Below, one piece after another: positions 28,407 through 38,055 of a DNA stretch of 64,000 nucleotides; position 1 is the first letter of the stretch; every line of letters begins with the position of its first letter. The translations under genes were made by a program, and so were the position numbers. The notes below the pieces were generated by a model. It ran no database searches, was not told where the DNA came from, and saw only the letters and a program-made list of their open reading frames with translations. The stretch spans positions 10,710-74,709 of the forward strand of contig JBHLJY010000012.1 of NCBI GenBank assembly GCA_048887225.1, given 5' to 3'. This DNA comes from Candidatus Hodarchaeota archaeon (GTDB taxonomy: Archaea; Asgardarchaeota; Lokiarchaeia; Sigyniarchaeales; SOKP01).

Positions 28407-29498
28407 TTAAAAATCTTGATATCGCTTTATTTTTAAACGTGAATATTTTATAAGTAGATCTTTCATTTCATTTTTTTTTGATGCCTCTAGATCTATGCAC
28501 TTAATCACTCCTGTCTCTAATGCTTTTGAAATAAGATCTGCGCCTTTTTTAGTACGAGTTAAAACTGTTGTAAATTTATCTGATGATGCTAATCCTCCAA
28601 ATGAAATATCTGCATAGATATTAGTAAAATCATAGCAAGAATAACAAGCAGCGCGCATATAGGTATTTAATCGATGAAAAGGAATATGAAGGATTTTTTG
28701 CCCATTATTATTTAATTTGAGTCTTAAATCTTCTTTAATGTTTATCTTTTCAATTTTTTCAAATTTAATATGAAATTCTTTTTCAAAATTCTTTATCTTG
28801 AGTTTATCAAAAAAGAAATTTTCATAGCAAAATAATCCTAAACAAATCTCAATGTTTTGTGAAGGCACAACTCCTAAATTTTGCATGCATCTAATAGTAT
28901 AAATTTGACATGGTGTCCCCACAACTGCCAATTTTTTAAATTTATAATGATTTAATTTAGGAATTGATTGAGTATAAGTATTAAATTCTTTTATTTTATC
29001 CAATTGTGAAGAAATATCTAGTTTAATACCCGATGCCTCGATTAAGTCTTCCTTATTTTTAGCAAGTATAGCTTCTCGGGAAAAGGGGGACTTAGAATTT
29101 GCTACAATTGCACCATCAATTATTTTCTTTTTTATTAAATAATCTATAATTGAATTTACAACACCGCCATCAGTTCCGTATTTTAAAAAATCTCTGTCCA
29201 TGGCTTGACAAGAATAGATATCGCGAAAAAATCCAATTGGCATGGAATAAAACTCTGAAAAATTATGTATTTTATTTAAGTCATCATCTAAAATATGTGT
29301 TTGTGGACAAATGCAATAACAAATCCCGCATTCGAGGCATTTTTCTTCATTTATAAATTTTGGAGGTGAGTTTAAATCTTTAAATTCAATAATATCATAG
29401 TCCGCTGAACTACAAAAACTTACACACCCCCCACATTGTTGACAAATCCCTAAATCATGAACTTCTTTAATCAAATCTTTAAATCCTTTTGGGTTCAT
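28407..29498 (-). CDS. Stand-alone FrhB/FdhB-family F420-interacting subunit with ferredoxin domain
   Basis: CQQCGGCVSFC, TDGGVV, VVGTPCQ, LGLFCYENF and CYSCYDFTNIYADISFG motifs. Confidence 0.9.
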   Translation of the reverse strand: MNPKGFKDLIKEVHDLGICQQCGGCVSFCSSADYDIIEFKDLNSPPKFINEEKCLECGICYCICPQTHILDDDLNKIHNFSEFYSMPIGFFRDIYSCQAMDRDFLKYGTDGGVVNSIIDYLIKKKIIDGAIVANSKSPFSREAILAKNKEDLIEASGIKLDISSQLDKIKEFNTYTQSIPKLNHYKFKKLAVVGTPCQIYTIRCMQNLGVVPSQNIEICLGLFCYENFFFDKLKIKNFEKEFHIKFEKIEKINIKEDLRLKLNNNGQKILHIPFHRLNTYMRAACYSCYDFTNIYADISFGGLASSDKFTTVLTRTKKGADLISKALETGVIKCIDLEASKKNEMKDLLIKYSRLKIKRYQDF

Positions 29499-29544
29499 TT
29501 TTGAAAAACCTCCAAATGAGTTTAATTATATTTTTTACTTATTT

Positions 29545-29615
29545 TCCGAAAGCCCACACTAAGGGCTAGTTCCCTTTCAACTAAGATTTATTTGGAAGGG
29601 GCATTCTATTTCGGA
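29545..29615 (-). promoter_or_regulatory. Structured 3'-UTR element after Sec-hdrA (SECIS candidate)
   Basis: UCCGAAA/UUUCGGA outer stem enclosing CCCUUCCAA/UUGAAAGGG and AGCCC/GGGCU hairpins. GC-rich island in AT-rich DNA. Confidence 0.55.
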
Positions 29616-29630
29616 TTAAATCTATTGAGA

Positions 29631-31682
29631 TTAGTTAATTATTTCACCTTTTCTTTTAATTTCATCAATAATTTCTTCCGATTTCTTTTTTAAGCTAATA
29701 TGATCTATAGTGTCAGCATATTCGACGTCATAACTACAAATACCCTTAATTTCTTCTACTATTTGATTATCTCGATAATATATAAGATCGATAGCTCTTG
29801 ACGGACAGGATGTTACTCAAATCCCACAGCCCTTACATTTTAACTCGTCAACTATAGCTGCATTATCAGGACCTACTTTTATGGCTTGATATTCACATAA
29901 TTTTTCACACCTATGACAACCCATACATAGATATGAGTTAACTTCTACGATAATTAACTCCTGTATTATCGAGTCCTTCGAAAATAAAGTTGCTACCTTA
30001 CTTGCTGCTGCTAATGCCGTCGATACAGAATATGGTATATTTTTTGGTCCAACCGCACATCCACATATATATATGCCAGTATTCTTTGTTTCTTGAGGTT
30101 TTAAACACCCATGTATTTCTGTTATAAATCCATTTGGATCTTTTCCTAATCCAAAGATCTCAACAATTTTATCTGTCGTTATTGATGGAACTATTCCTGT
30201 GGATAAAATAACTAAATCCACGTCAAGATTAATCATATCACCAGTTAAAGTTGAAGATGCATGAATCTTTAATTGGTTTGTTTCTGGATCCTCCTTGATT
30301 TCTCCTACTTTTCCACGAATCATTAAAATACCTAGTTCTCTTGCTTTTCTATAGTATTCTTCATTTCCTTTATCAGGTGTTCTTATATCTATATAGAAAA
30401 TGATAATTTCCATTTCAGGGTATTCTTGCTTTAACAATTGAGCATTTTTAAGAGCAACACATCATCAAACAATTGAACAATACGGATTCCCTTTTAAAGA
30501 TCTCGAACCTACACATTGTATCATCGCAACCTTTTTAGGTGCCTTTCCATCAGAAATTCGACATAATTTGCCTCCTGTTGGTCCAACAGGACTTAACATT
30601 CTCTCCAATTCTATTTGTGTAATAACATTAGGATAAATTCCATAGTTATAGTCATTATTTTCATTAATTTGATATTCATCCCAGCCAATAGCTACGATTA
30701 TTGCTCCAATATTAACATTAATGTATTCAGGTTTTTGATTGAAATCAATTGCATCAGCTACACAATTTTTCTGGCAACTTTTACAACCAATACATGCATC
30801 TTTATCGATAAGAGCAACTTTTGGGACAGCTTGAGGGAAGGGAACATAAATAGCGTTCCTTTTCCCTAAACCCCTATCAAATTCATTAGGGATTTTTATC
30901 GGGCATTTTGTTGTACATAAACCACAGCCAGTACATTTTCTTTCTTTTACATAACGAGGATTTTTTCTAATTTTCACATTGTAATTTCCTGGAATCCCAC
31001 TGAATTCAATAATTTCGCTATAAGTAAATAGATTTATATTTGGGTGTTTATAAGTATTAACCATTATTGGAGCAAGAACTCAAATCGCACAATCGTCTGT
31101 AGGATAAATCCGATCTAACTGTGCCATTTTTCCTCCAATGGTAGGTTCTTTTTCAACTAAATAAACAATAATTCCTTGATTCGCTAGATCTAAGGCAGCA
31201 TTCATACCAGCTATTCCAGCACCTATGACTAACGCTGCTTTTTTTACTGAAATTTTTTTACAAGGGATGATTTCTAAATTACGAGCTCGATTTATACCTG
31301 CTTTTACTAATCTTTTTGCTTTTTCTGTCGCACTTTCTGGATCATCTGAATGAACAAATGAACACTGTTCTCGAAGATTAACCATTTGAAAATAGTATGG
31401 ACTTAATCCAGTTTCATCCAAAACACTCCTATATGTTTCTTCATGAATTTTTGGCGTACAAGCAGCAACAACTATTCTGTTTAAATCTAATTGTAATATA
31501 TCTTTTTTAATGATTTCCTGCCCTGGATCACTACATGTAAAATCATTACATCTAGAAATAATTACATTGGGTAATGTTATAACAAAATCCCTCACGATAA
31601 TACAATCAATCGTTGCACCAATATTAACACCTCATCTACAAATATATACTCCAATTCGAATATTGGTCTGTTCTTCAGACAT
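29631..31682 (-). CDS. hdrA: Selenocysteine-containing HdrA, 683 aa, five in-frame UGA (codons 17, 201, 406, 407, 622)
   Basis: Three track ORFs plus flanks lie in one frame. UGA at 31632, 31080, 30465, 30462 and 29817 give ICRUG, DCAIUVL, CSIVUUC and CGIUVTSCP, where the paralogs have Cys. Confidence 0.9.
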
Positions 31683-32106
31683 TTACTCCACCCTTGTAAA
31701 ACATCACCGTTTTTTAAAATTTATAATAAATTATTAAAAAATTTGTACAATTGAGGTTTTTTGTAAAAAAAATGGTCAAATTTAAATTATCATTATCTTG
31801 ACTAATCAATTAATCTTATTGTAGTAAAACTTTAACAGATAACTCAATTAATTTACCCTGATTGTTATACTTAAGATATCTATGTTTTTAAATCGTAATT
31901 TTTTCCCTAATTTCATCAATTTAATACCAATTAGATCTCAATATGACAGAAATATAAATTATCTGATAAGAAAAGTTTTAATTCGTTTGATAAATTTATT
32001 TGTCAAATCTATTCAAAATTTCTATAGAGTAAAAAACCTAAATGATAGACCTCTCTTTTCACCATTCAGATATGAAAAAATTTATGTTCAATATGGTACA
32101 TAAATT

Positions 32107-32249
32107 GATCGAAACCATACATATGTTTATATAATATGACATCTATATTTATCTTGTGGATCATAAAGTTTGCTAAATTAGTCATTGAATTTTTATTTTT
32201 GATCATTTATTGATTTAATAATAAATTCAAAGGAAGAGAGAGGTAGATC
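32107..32249. promoter_or_regulatory. GATC motifs upstream of the HTH-HdrA-MvhD gene
   Basis: GATC at 32107, 32159, 32201 and 32246. Confidence 0.4.
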
Positions 32250-32253
32250 AAGT

Positions 32254-34803
32254 TTGGATATTTATTCTATAATTTCTCATCCATTTAGGCGAAAAATTCT
32301 ATTACTTTTAGAAATTGAAGGCTATATTCCTTATAGTGACTTAATGGAAAAATTAGGATTAGATACAACGGGGCAGCTTAATTTTCATCTGAAAAAATTA
32401 GGAACCCTCATCAATAAGGATAGAAAATCCTACTATCTTACTGAAGATGGAAAAAGAGTAATTAAAATAATGAATATAAATAAGCGTATTTTATTTGGAG
32501 AGAATATGGATGAATATTTAAATTCGAAAGGAAGCGAGATAACCCGTGTAGGAGTTATAATTTGTAATTGTAATACAGAAATTTCAAATGTTTTTAATAT
32601 CATATCACTTCAGAATTATATCAATAAATTAAAGAATGTAGTATCTGTAAAGGTTTTTGAAAATTTATGTCAAGAGAAGAACTTTAAGAAGATTACAGAT
32701 TGGGTGAGGGAGAACTTCTTAAATAAAATAATTATTGCTGCGTGTTCCCCAAAAACACATCAGCATCTTTTTGAACGAATTTTTGATGATGTTATTGACC
32801 ATTCAAATATAGAAATCGCTAATATAAGAGAGCAATGTGCTTGGGTGCATCAGTCTAACTCTGATCATATCGATACCGCTCTTACTTTAGAAAAAGCTCG
32901 ACTACTAATTGAAGCGGCAATTGAACGAGTTACATTGCAAAAAATCGTAAAAGTTAAGAGAGTAGAAGTAGAAAAAAGTTGTGCCATTTTAGGAGGAGGG
33001 ATTGCAGGAATGACTCTTGCTTTAAATTTAGCACGCGCAGGCATTAAAGTACATCTTATTGAAAAATCACCTACATTAGGAGGTAAAGTCGCTAGATGGC
33101 ACCGAATATCAAATATCGGGGATTGTTCAATATGCTTTATCTCGGAATTAATAGGAGAATTAGTGAATGAAAAAAATATAAAAATACAAACAAATACGGA
33201 ATTTGTTGATGTATCAGGAGGAGTTGGAGATTTTTCTATAGAGTTGATTAAAAAACCTCGATATGTTGATGTGAAAAAATGTACTGGTTGTAAACAATGT
33301 ATCGATGTTTGTAGTATAGAAAAACCTAATCAATATGAATATGGTTTAACAAATCGAAAAATCATCTATATTCCTTTTATTCATTCTTACCCATACGCTC
33401 CATTAATTGATGAAGCTGACCTTAAAAATTGTCTCAACTGTAGAATATGTGAAAGAGCATGCGTAAATAAAGCAATTGATCTGGATCAAAAACCAAAAAG
33501 AGTAAAAATCAAGGTTGGTGCAAAAGTTATAGCAATTGGTTCTGATCTTTACTTTGATTTAGAAAAATATCATTATAATCCTCAGAATGATATTATAACA
33601 ACACCTGAATTCGAGCGAATGCTTTCATCAGATGGTTTTACCGATGGCGAGATATTAAAGGTCTCTGATAAAATCCCTCCAAAAACTATTTCAATTATCC
33701 AATGTGTGGGACCTTCAGATAGCAAATGTGAATTTAATTATATCTTGGCGTTAAAATATTTAGAATCTATTAAACAGAAAATTCCTAATTGTATAGTTAA
33801 TGTCTTTTATGATTTGAGTCAATTAAGAGAAAATAATAATTTTTTATTTAAATCTACAGATCCTAGATTTCACTATATAAATAAGCTTGAAATTATTGAT
33901 AGAAATAATCAAAAATTTGTTAAAGCAGATGCAGAGGAATTTCAGAGTGATTTAATAATTCTAAATATAACGATGGTACCAAATAAAGATTTAAAATCAC
34001 TGCGAAAAACAATGGATTTTACATTGGATGACTATGGCTTTATGAGCGAAGATACATTAACATCTGGAATCTATGGAGTTGGTACGATTTTTGGCCAATT
34101 AAATTATAATTCTACGATATCAACTGCGAACAATGTAGCTTTAAAAATAATTTCATTATTATCGAAAGATTTTTTAATCGCGGAATTTAGTGGAATTGAT
34201 ATCAACGAAGAATTATGCGGTTTATGTGGATTATGTTTGAAAACATGTCCATATAATGCTCTAACTATCGAATCAGATGTTATTACTATTGATAAATTTA
34301 AATGTAAAGGATGTGGCACTTGTGTAAGTGTTTGTCCTACAAATGCCATTGAAATGAATCTTGATACTTCTGAAAAAATTATTAAAACTATAGAAGTTTT
34401 TTCAAAATTTAAAAAAAGACCAAAAATTATCGCTTTTTGTTGTCGTTCATGTGGTTATGCTGCTGCTGATGATGCGGGTTTAAAAAAAAAATATTATATT
34501 CCAAATACATTTATCGTTCGAGTGCCATGTACCGGTCGTATTGATACAAATTTTATCATTAAATCTTTCGAAAATGGTTTTGATGGAGTAATAATTATCG
34601 GTTGTAGAAAAAATTCTTGTAGATACATTGATGGAATACAAAAAGCAAAAAAAAAAGTTCAATTATTAAAGAATATACTAAGATCGGGGTATAAAGAACG
34701 AATACTTCTTGAACATATGAATGCTGTTGAGGGGAATAAATTTGCTGAGATTGTTAATGAATTTTATGATAAAATAAAGGAGGAGATTAAATTTGAAGCC
34801 TAG
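32254..34803 (+). CDS. Fusion: ArsR-type wHTH + divergent HdrA + MvhD
   Basis: SHPFRRKILLLL...YSDLMEKLGLDTTGQLNFHLKKLG...YYLTEDGK; then GVIICNC, ACSPKTH, NIREQCAWVH, GGGIAG; C-terminal FCCRSCGYAAAD, RVPCTGR, GC..SCRY. Confidence 0.92.
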   Translation: MDIYSIISHPFRRKILLLLEIEGYIPYSDLMEKLGLDTTGQLNFHLKKLGTLINKDRKSYYLTEDGKRVIKIMNINKRILFGENMDEYLNSKGSEITRVGVIICNCNTEISNVFNIISLQNYINKLKNVVSVKVFENLCQEKNFKKITDWVRENFLNKIIIAACSPKTHQHLFERIFDDVIDHSNIEIANIREQCAWVHQSNSDHIDTALTLEKARLLIEAAIERVTLQKIVKVKRVEVEKSCAILGGGIAGMTLALNLARAGIKVHLIEKSPTLGGKVARWHRISNIGDCSICFISELIGELVNEKNIKIQTNTEFVDVSGGVGDFSIELIKKPRYVDVKKCTGCKQCIDVCSIEKPNQYEYGLTNRKIIYIPFIHSYPYAPLIDEADLKNCLNCRICERACVNKAIDLDQKPKRVKIKVGAKVIAIGSDLYFDLEKYHYNPQNDIITTPEFERMLSSDGFTDGEILKVSDKIPPKTISIIQCVGPSDSKCEFNYILALKYLESIKQKIPNCIVNVFYDLSQLRENNNFLFKSTDPRFHYINKLEIIDRNNQKFVKADAEEFQSDLIILNITMVPNKDLKSLRKTMDFTLDDYGFMSEDTLTSGIYGVGTIFGQLNYNSTISTANNVALKIISLLSKDFLIAEFSGIDINEELCGLCGLCLKTCPYNALTIESDVITIDKFKCKGCGTCVSVCPTNAIEMNLDTSEKIIKTIEVFSKFKKRPKIIAFCCRSCGYAAADDAGLKKKYYIPNTFIVRVPCTGRIDTNFIIKSFENGFDGVIIIGCRKNSCRYIDGIQKAKKKVQLLKNILRSGYKERILLEHMNAVEGNKFAEIVNEFYDKIKEEIKFEA

Positions 34804-35557
34804 ATTTCTAATTTCTTCTTTAACTAGTTGTAGTGGTTGTATTTCTTCATTAGTAACATTAGATATTTTCCCACAATTTCTGGAAAGAACAAAAGTTCAA
34901 TATTTTAATTTTATCTCAGATACTAAAGAAATTAAAGAATGTGATATCGCATTAATCGAGGGATGTGTGAGTGAACCTCCACAGATTAGTCTCCTTAAAA
35001 TTATTAGGAAAAATGCGAAAAAAATTTATAGTCTGGGTTCTTGTGCTGCGTTTGGAGGTATATTAAGTCTTTCAGAAAAAAAATCCGCAGAACCAATATC
35101 CGAATATATTGAGATTGATGGTTTTTTCCCAGGGTGTCCACCTCCCTCTAAATTATTAGGTAATACTTTAATAAAATTAATTGAAAATATCGAGAGCCCT
35201 ATAATTCCGCCTAAAAAGAATCTATGCGCAACCTGTCCATTGAGAGATATTAATAACTTTAATTTTGAAACAGAAATAACAAAAATATACCCTAATCCTA
35301 ATGAGATTATTACGCCTGAAGAAAATTTAATTTGTTTTTTAAAAAATGGGATTTTGTGTTTAGGACCAATTACACGAGAAGGATGTGAAAATATTTGTAT
35401 TGCACATGGTATTCCATGTGAGGGCTGTATGGGTTCTGTTTCAAAAGATTTTTTTGCGGATATAATCAATTTTTTAAGCTTAATTAAAATTTCTGATAAA
35501 TTAAAGAATTATAAGGGTATTTTTTATAGATTTTCAAAACCCAAATTTAAAGAGTGA
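34793..35557 (+). CDS. [NiFe] hydrogenase small subunit, MvhG-like
   Basis: SCSGC, EGCV, LGSCAAFGG, PGCPP and CLGPITREGC...CEGCMG motifs. Confidence 0.9.
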   Translation: MKPRFLISSLTSCSGCISSLVTLDIFPQFLERTKVQYFNFISDTKEIKECDIALIEGCVSEPPQISLLKIIRKNAKKIYSLGSCAAFGGILSLSEKKSAEPISEYIEIDGFFPGCPPPSKLLGNTLIKLIENIESPIIPPKKNLCATCPLRDINNFNFETEITKIYPNPNEIITPEENLICFLKNGILCLGPITREGCENICIAHGIPCEGCMGSVSKDFFADIINFLSLIKISDKLKNYKGIFYRFSKPKFKE

Positions 35558-36864
35558 AATGGTTGAAAAAAGTAATTGATATTTGTACGAGAGTTGAAGG
35601 TCATGGCAATGTAAACATTTTTCTCGAAAATCAAAACGAAGAAATTTCGGAAGTAAATTTTGAAATCTCTATATTTCGAGGATTTGAAAATATATTATTA
35701 AGAAAAGAATTATTAGACATTCCTAAAATAATATCACGCGTGTGTGGGTTATGTTATGCATCTCAATCAATTGCTAGTTGTAAAGCTATAGAAAATTTAT
35801 ATGATATAGAAGTTCCAGAGCAGTCTATTCTTTTAAGACGGCTATTATTAACTGGTGAATTAATAAAATCACATTCCATGCATTTCTTTTTTCATTCATT
35901 ACCAGATTTATTAGAAATTTTTAATATTTTAGAGAATACACCATCGCCATATGAAATAATTAATTACGATCTCCATTTGACAACAAATTTCTATGAATTA
36001 ATAAAAATCGGAAATGAAATCAATAAAATATTTGGTGGAAGGGCAGTTCATTGTATTACTCAAGTTCCAGGAGGAAATCTTTATTTCCCTTCCAGAAAAA
36101 ATATTACTATTGCTCGGAAATATTTACAAAAAGCAATTTTTAGTTTGGAATGGATAATTGAAAAGTTTATTGAATTGTTTTCAGCACAAACTCCTCCTAT
36201 TGACTATGAACTTCCAAATTGTACGTTTTTTGGATTACATAGCCATGGTAAGTATGACAGATATTCTGGAATTTTAGGAATAAAGCAATTTAATCACAAA
36301 ATCATTAATTTTTTAGATAAAAATTATTCAAAATATTTAGATAAAGATCCAGATCTACGAGGTATTAATTTTTTTATGGGAAAAAATATTTTAGTTGGAC
36401 CTCTTGCTAGACAAAAAATAATTGAGGATTATGGAAAACCAGAAATTTCAACATACTTGAGTTATTTTGATAATTCGTGGCAATATAATATTTTATTTTC
36501 AACCTTCATTAAATTATTGGAAATGTATATGGAGGCGAAACTAGGTTTAGAAATTTTACAAAATCCTATGTTAGATAATAAAATTTCCTTACCTACGCTT
36601 AAATCGATAAAAAATTCAGATGGCATTGGGGTTGTAGAAGCCCCAAGAGGGACATTAATGCATCATTACACATTAAACAGAAATAACGAAATTGATGAAA
36701 TAAAGCTTTACATTGCTACTGAAATCAACTTACCGCTTATAAATATAATGATTACTGATTACGCAAGGAAATTATATGAAAAACATGATATTAATTTAGT
36801 AAAGGAAAAAATCCAGAAGATAATTAGAGCTTTTGATCCATGTATTTCATGTGCAACACATTAA
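35554..36864 (+). CDS. [NiFe] hydrogenase large subunit, group 3-like, with no C-terminal extension
   Basis: TRVEGHG, RGFE, RVCGLC and EAPRG motifs; ends DPCISCATH-stop. Confidence 0.92.
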   Translation: MKWLKKVIDICTRVEGHGNVNIFLENQNEEISEVNFEISIFRGFENILLRKELLDIPKIISRVCGLCYASQSIASCKAIENLYDIEVPEQSILLRRLLLTGELIKSHSMHFFFHSLPDLLEIFNILENTPSPYEIINYDLHLTTNFYELIKIGNEINKIFGGRAVHCITQVPGGNLYFPSRKNITIARKYLQKAIFSLEWIIEKFIELFSAQTPPIDYELPNCTFFGLHSHGKYDRYSGILGIKQFNHKIINFLDKNYSKYLDKDPDLRGINFFMGKNILVGPLARQKIIEDYGKPEISTYLSYFDNSWQYNILFSTFIKLLEMYMEAKLGLEILQNPMLDNKISLPTLKSIKNSDGIGVVEAPRGTLMHHYTLNRNNEIDEIKLYIATEINLPLINIMITDYARKLYEKHDINLVKEKIQKIIRAFDPCISCATH

Positions 36865-36894
36865 CTTATTATTAATAATTAATGGTAATTCGAA

Positions 36895-37917
36895 ATGATT
36901 GATTTTTTTACTAAGAATGAAACAAAAGACGACAAACTCGAAGACATCTGTGAAGTATATCTTCTTTATTTTGATGAATCTAAAGGTCCAATCCCAATTC
37001 TTATCTATCCTGATGAATCTATAAAAAATAATCCTGAAAAAATGCGATTAATTAATATACATCCAATTTGGTTTTTGGATATAAAAAAGCATGAAAATTT
37101 TAATCGCATCGATTTAGAGTATGAAGGAAAAATGTTTTTTGCTAAAAAATTCTTTGTAAATTCGAAAAGAAAAAAGAAAAGAGCTGGATTAGGAACTACT
37201 ACTCCAGAAACAATTATCTTAATTATTGCTCTTTCTAATGATATTGACTTATTTGGAAATTTGCTTCTAAATAAAATTACTGAGGCTATTATTACAAATT
37301 TTGGTAGTAATTTATATCAGGTGATTGAATCGGAAATTGTTAAATATAATTTGGTGAAAACTCCAAAATTAAGAGAAATTGTTACTAAAGGAGATTACTT
37401 AAAGATGAGGCTTTCCAATTTAATAAAGAAAATTTGTAATGAATTCTTCCTATCTTTCATAGAACAGATTGATGCTACATCTATTAAATTGCAGAAAGCT
37501 TTATCGTATTTCATGTTAAAAGGGATTTTTTTAAACAAAAGATTATTAAATAGAGAAAAAAAACAGTTTTCAATCACAGAGCTTTTTGAATCGACAAAAA
37601 ATGATATTAACAAAATAGGACAGCAAACTTTATTTAAATTTATGAATTTCAAAATTATTCAAGATTCAAGCGAGATAGAGATTAAAGTAAAAAACATCTC
37701 CAAAAAATTTATAGAAAATTTGAGAACCAAAATCACGTACGTAAAAGAATTTTTTGAAGATGATCTTTTAAATGAAAAAATAGATTACTGGCATCCCGAA
37801 GAGGAAATTCTTATAATCTTTCCAATTATTCCTGGAATTAGTGATTACATATTTTATATTATTGGAAATGCCGATAGAAATATATTATTTTCAAAAAAAA
37901 TTGAAATAAGAAGATGA
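36895..37917 (+). CDS. Hypothetical protein with uDENN/longin-like N-terminus
   Basis: VYLLYFDESKGPIPILIYP resembles the hhhhFD..xGP..hh.YP opening of uDENN/longin domains. Confidence 0.55.
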   Translation: MIDFFTKNETKDDKLEDICEVYLLYFDESKGPIPILIYPDESIKNNPEKMRLINIHPIWFLDIKKHENFNRIDLEYEGKMFFAKKFFVNSKRKKKRAGLGTTTPETIILIIALSNDIDLFGNLLLNKITEAIITNFGSNLYQVIESEIVKYNLVKTPKLREIVTKGDYLKMRLSNLIKKICNEFFLSFIEQIDATSIKLQKALSYFMLKGIFLNKRLLNREKKQFSITELFESTKNDINKIGQQTLFKFMNFKIIQDSSEIEIKVKNISKKFIENLRTKITYVKEFFEDDLLNEKIDYWHPEEEILIIFPIIPGISDYIFYIIGNADRNILFSKKIEIRR

Positions 37918-38055
37918 TATAATTTTATCTTTTTGCTTGATTCTGGGCTTTTTTAAACTATAAATAAATTATAATATTTCTATAAACCGAGTTAAATTAT
38001 TAATTTAAATTCATATTCTCATATTTTTATCATTCTATTAAGAATGCCTTCTCGA

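Noticed and set aside
29631-31682. hdrA as a nonsense-riddled pseudogene
   Set aside because: All five interruptions are TGA at conserved Cys positions, with no TAA/TAG or frameshifts. A structured 3' element follows, and a second selenoprotein (VhuU) is in the window.
31882-32103. 73-aa ORF in the divergent promoter between Sec-hdrA and the HTH-HdrA fusion
   Set aside because: No SD or recognisable motif, and composition is that of intergenic DNA.
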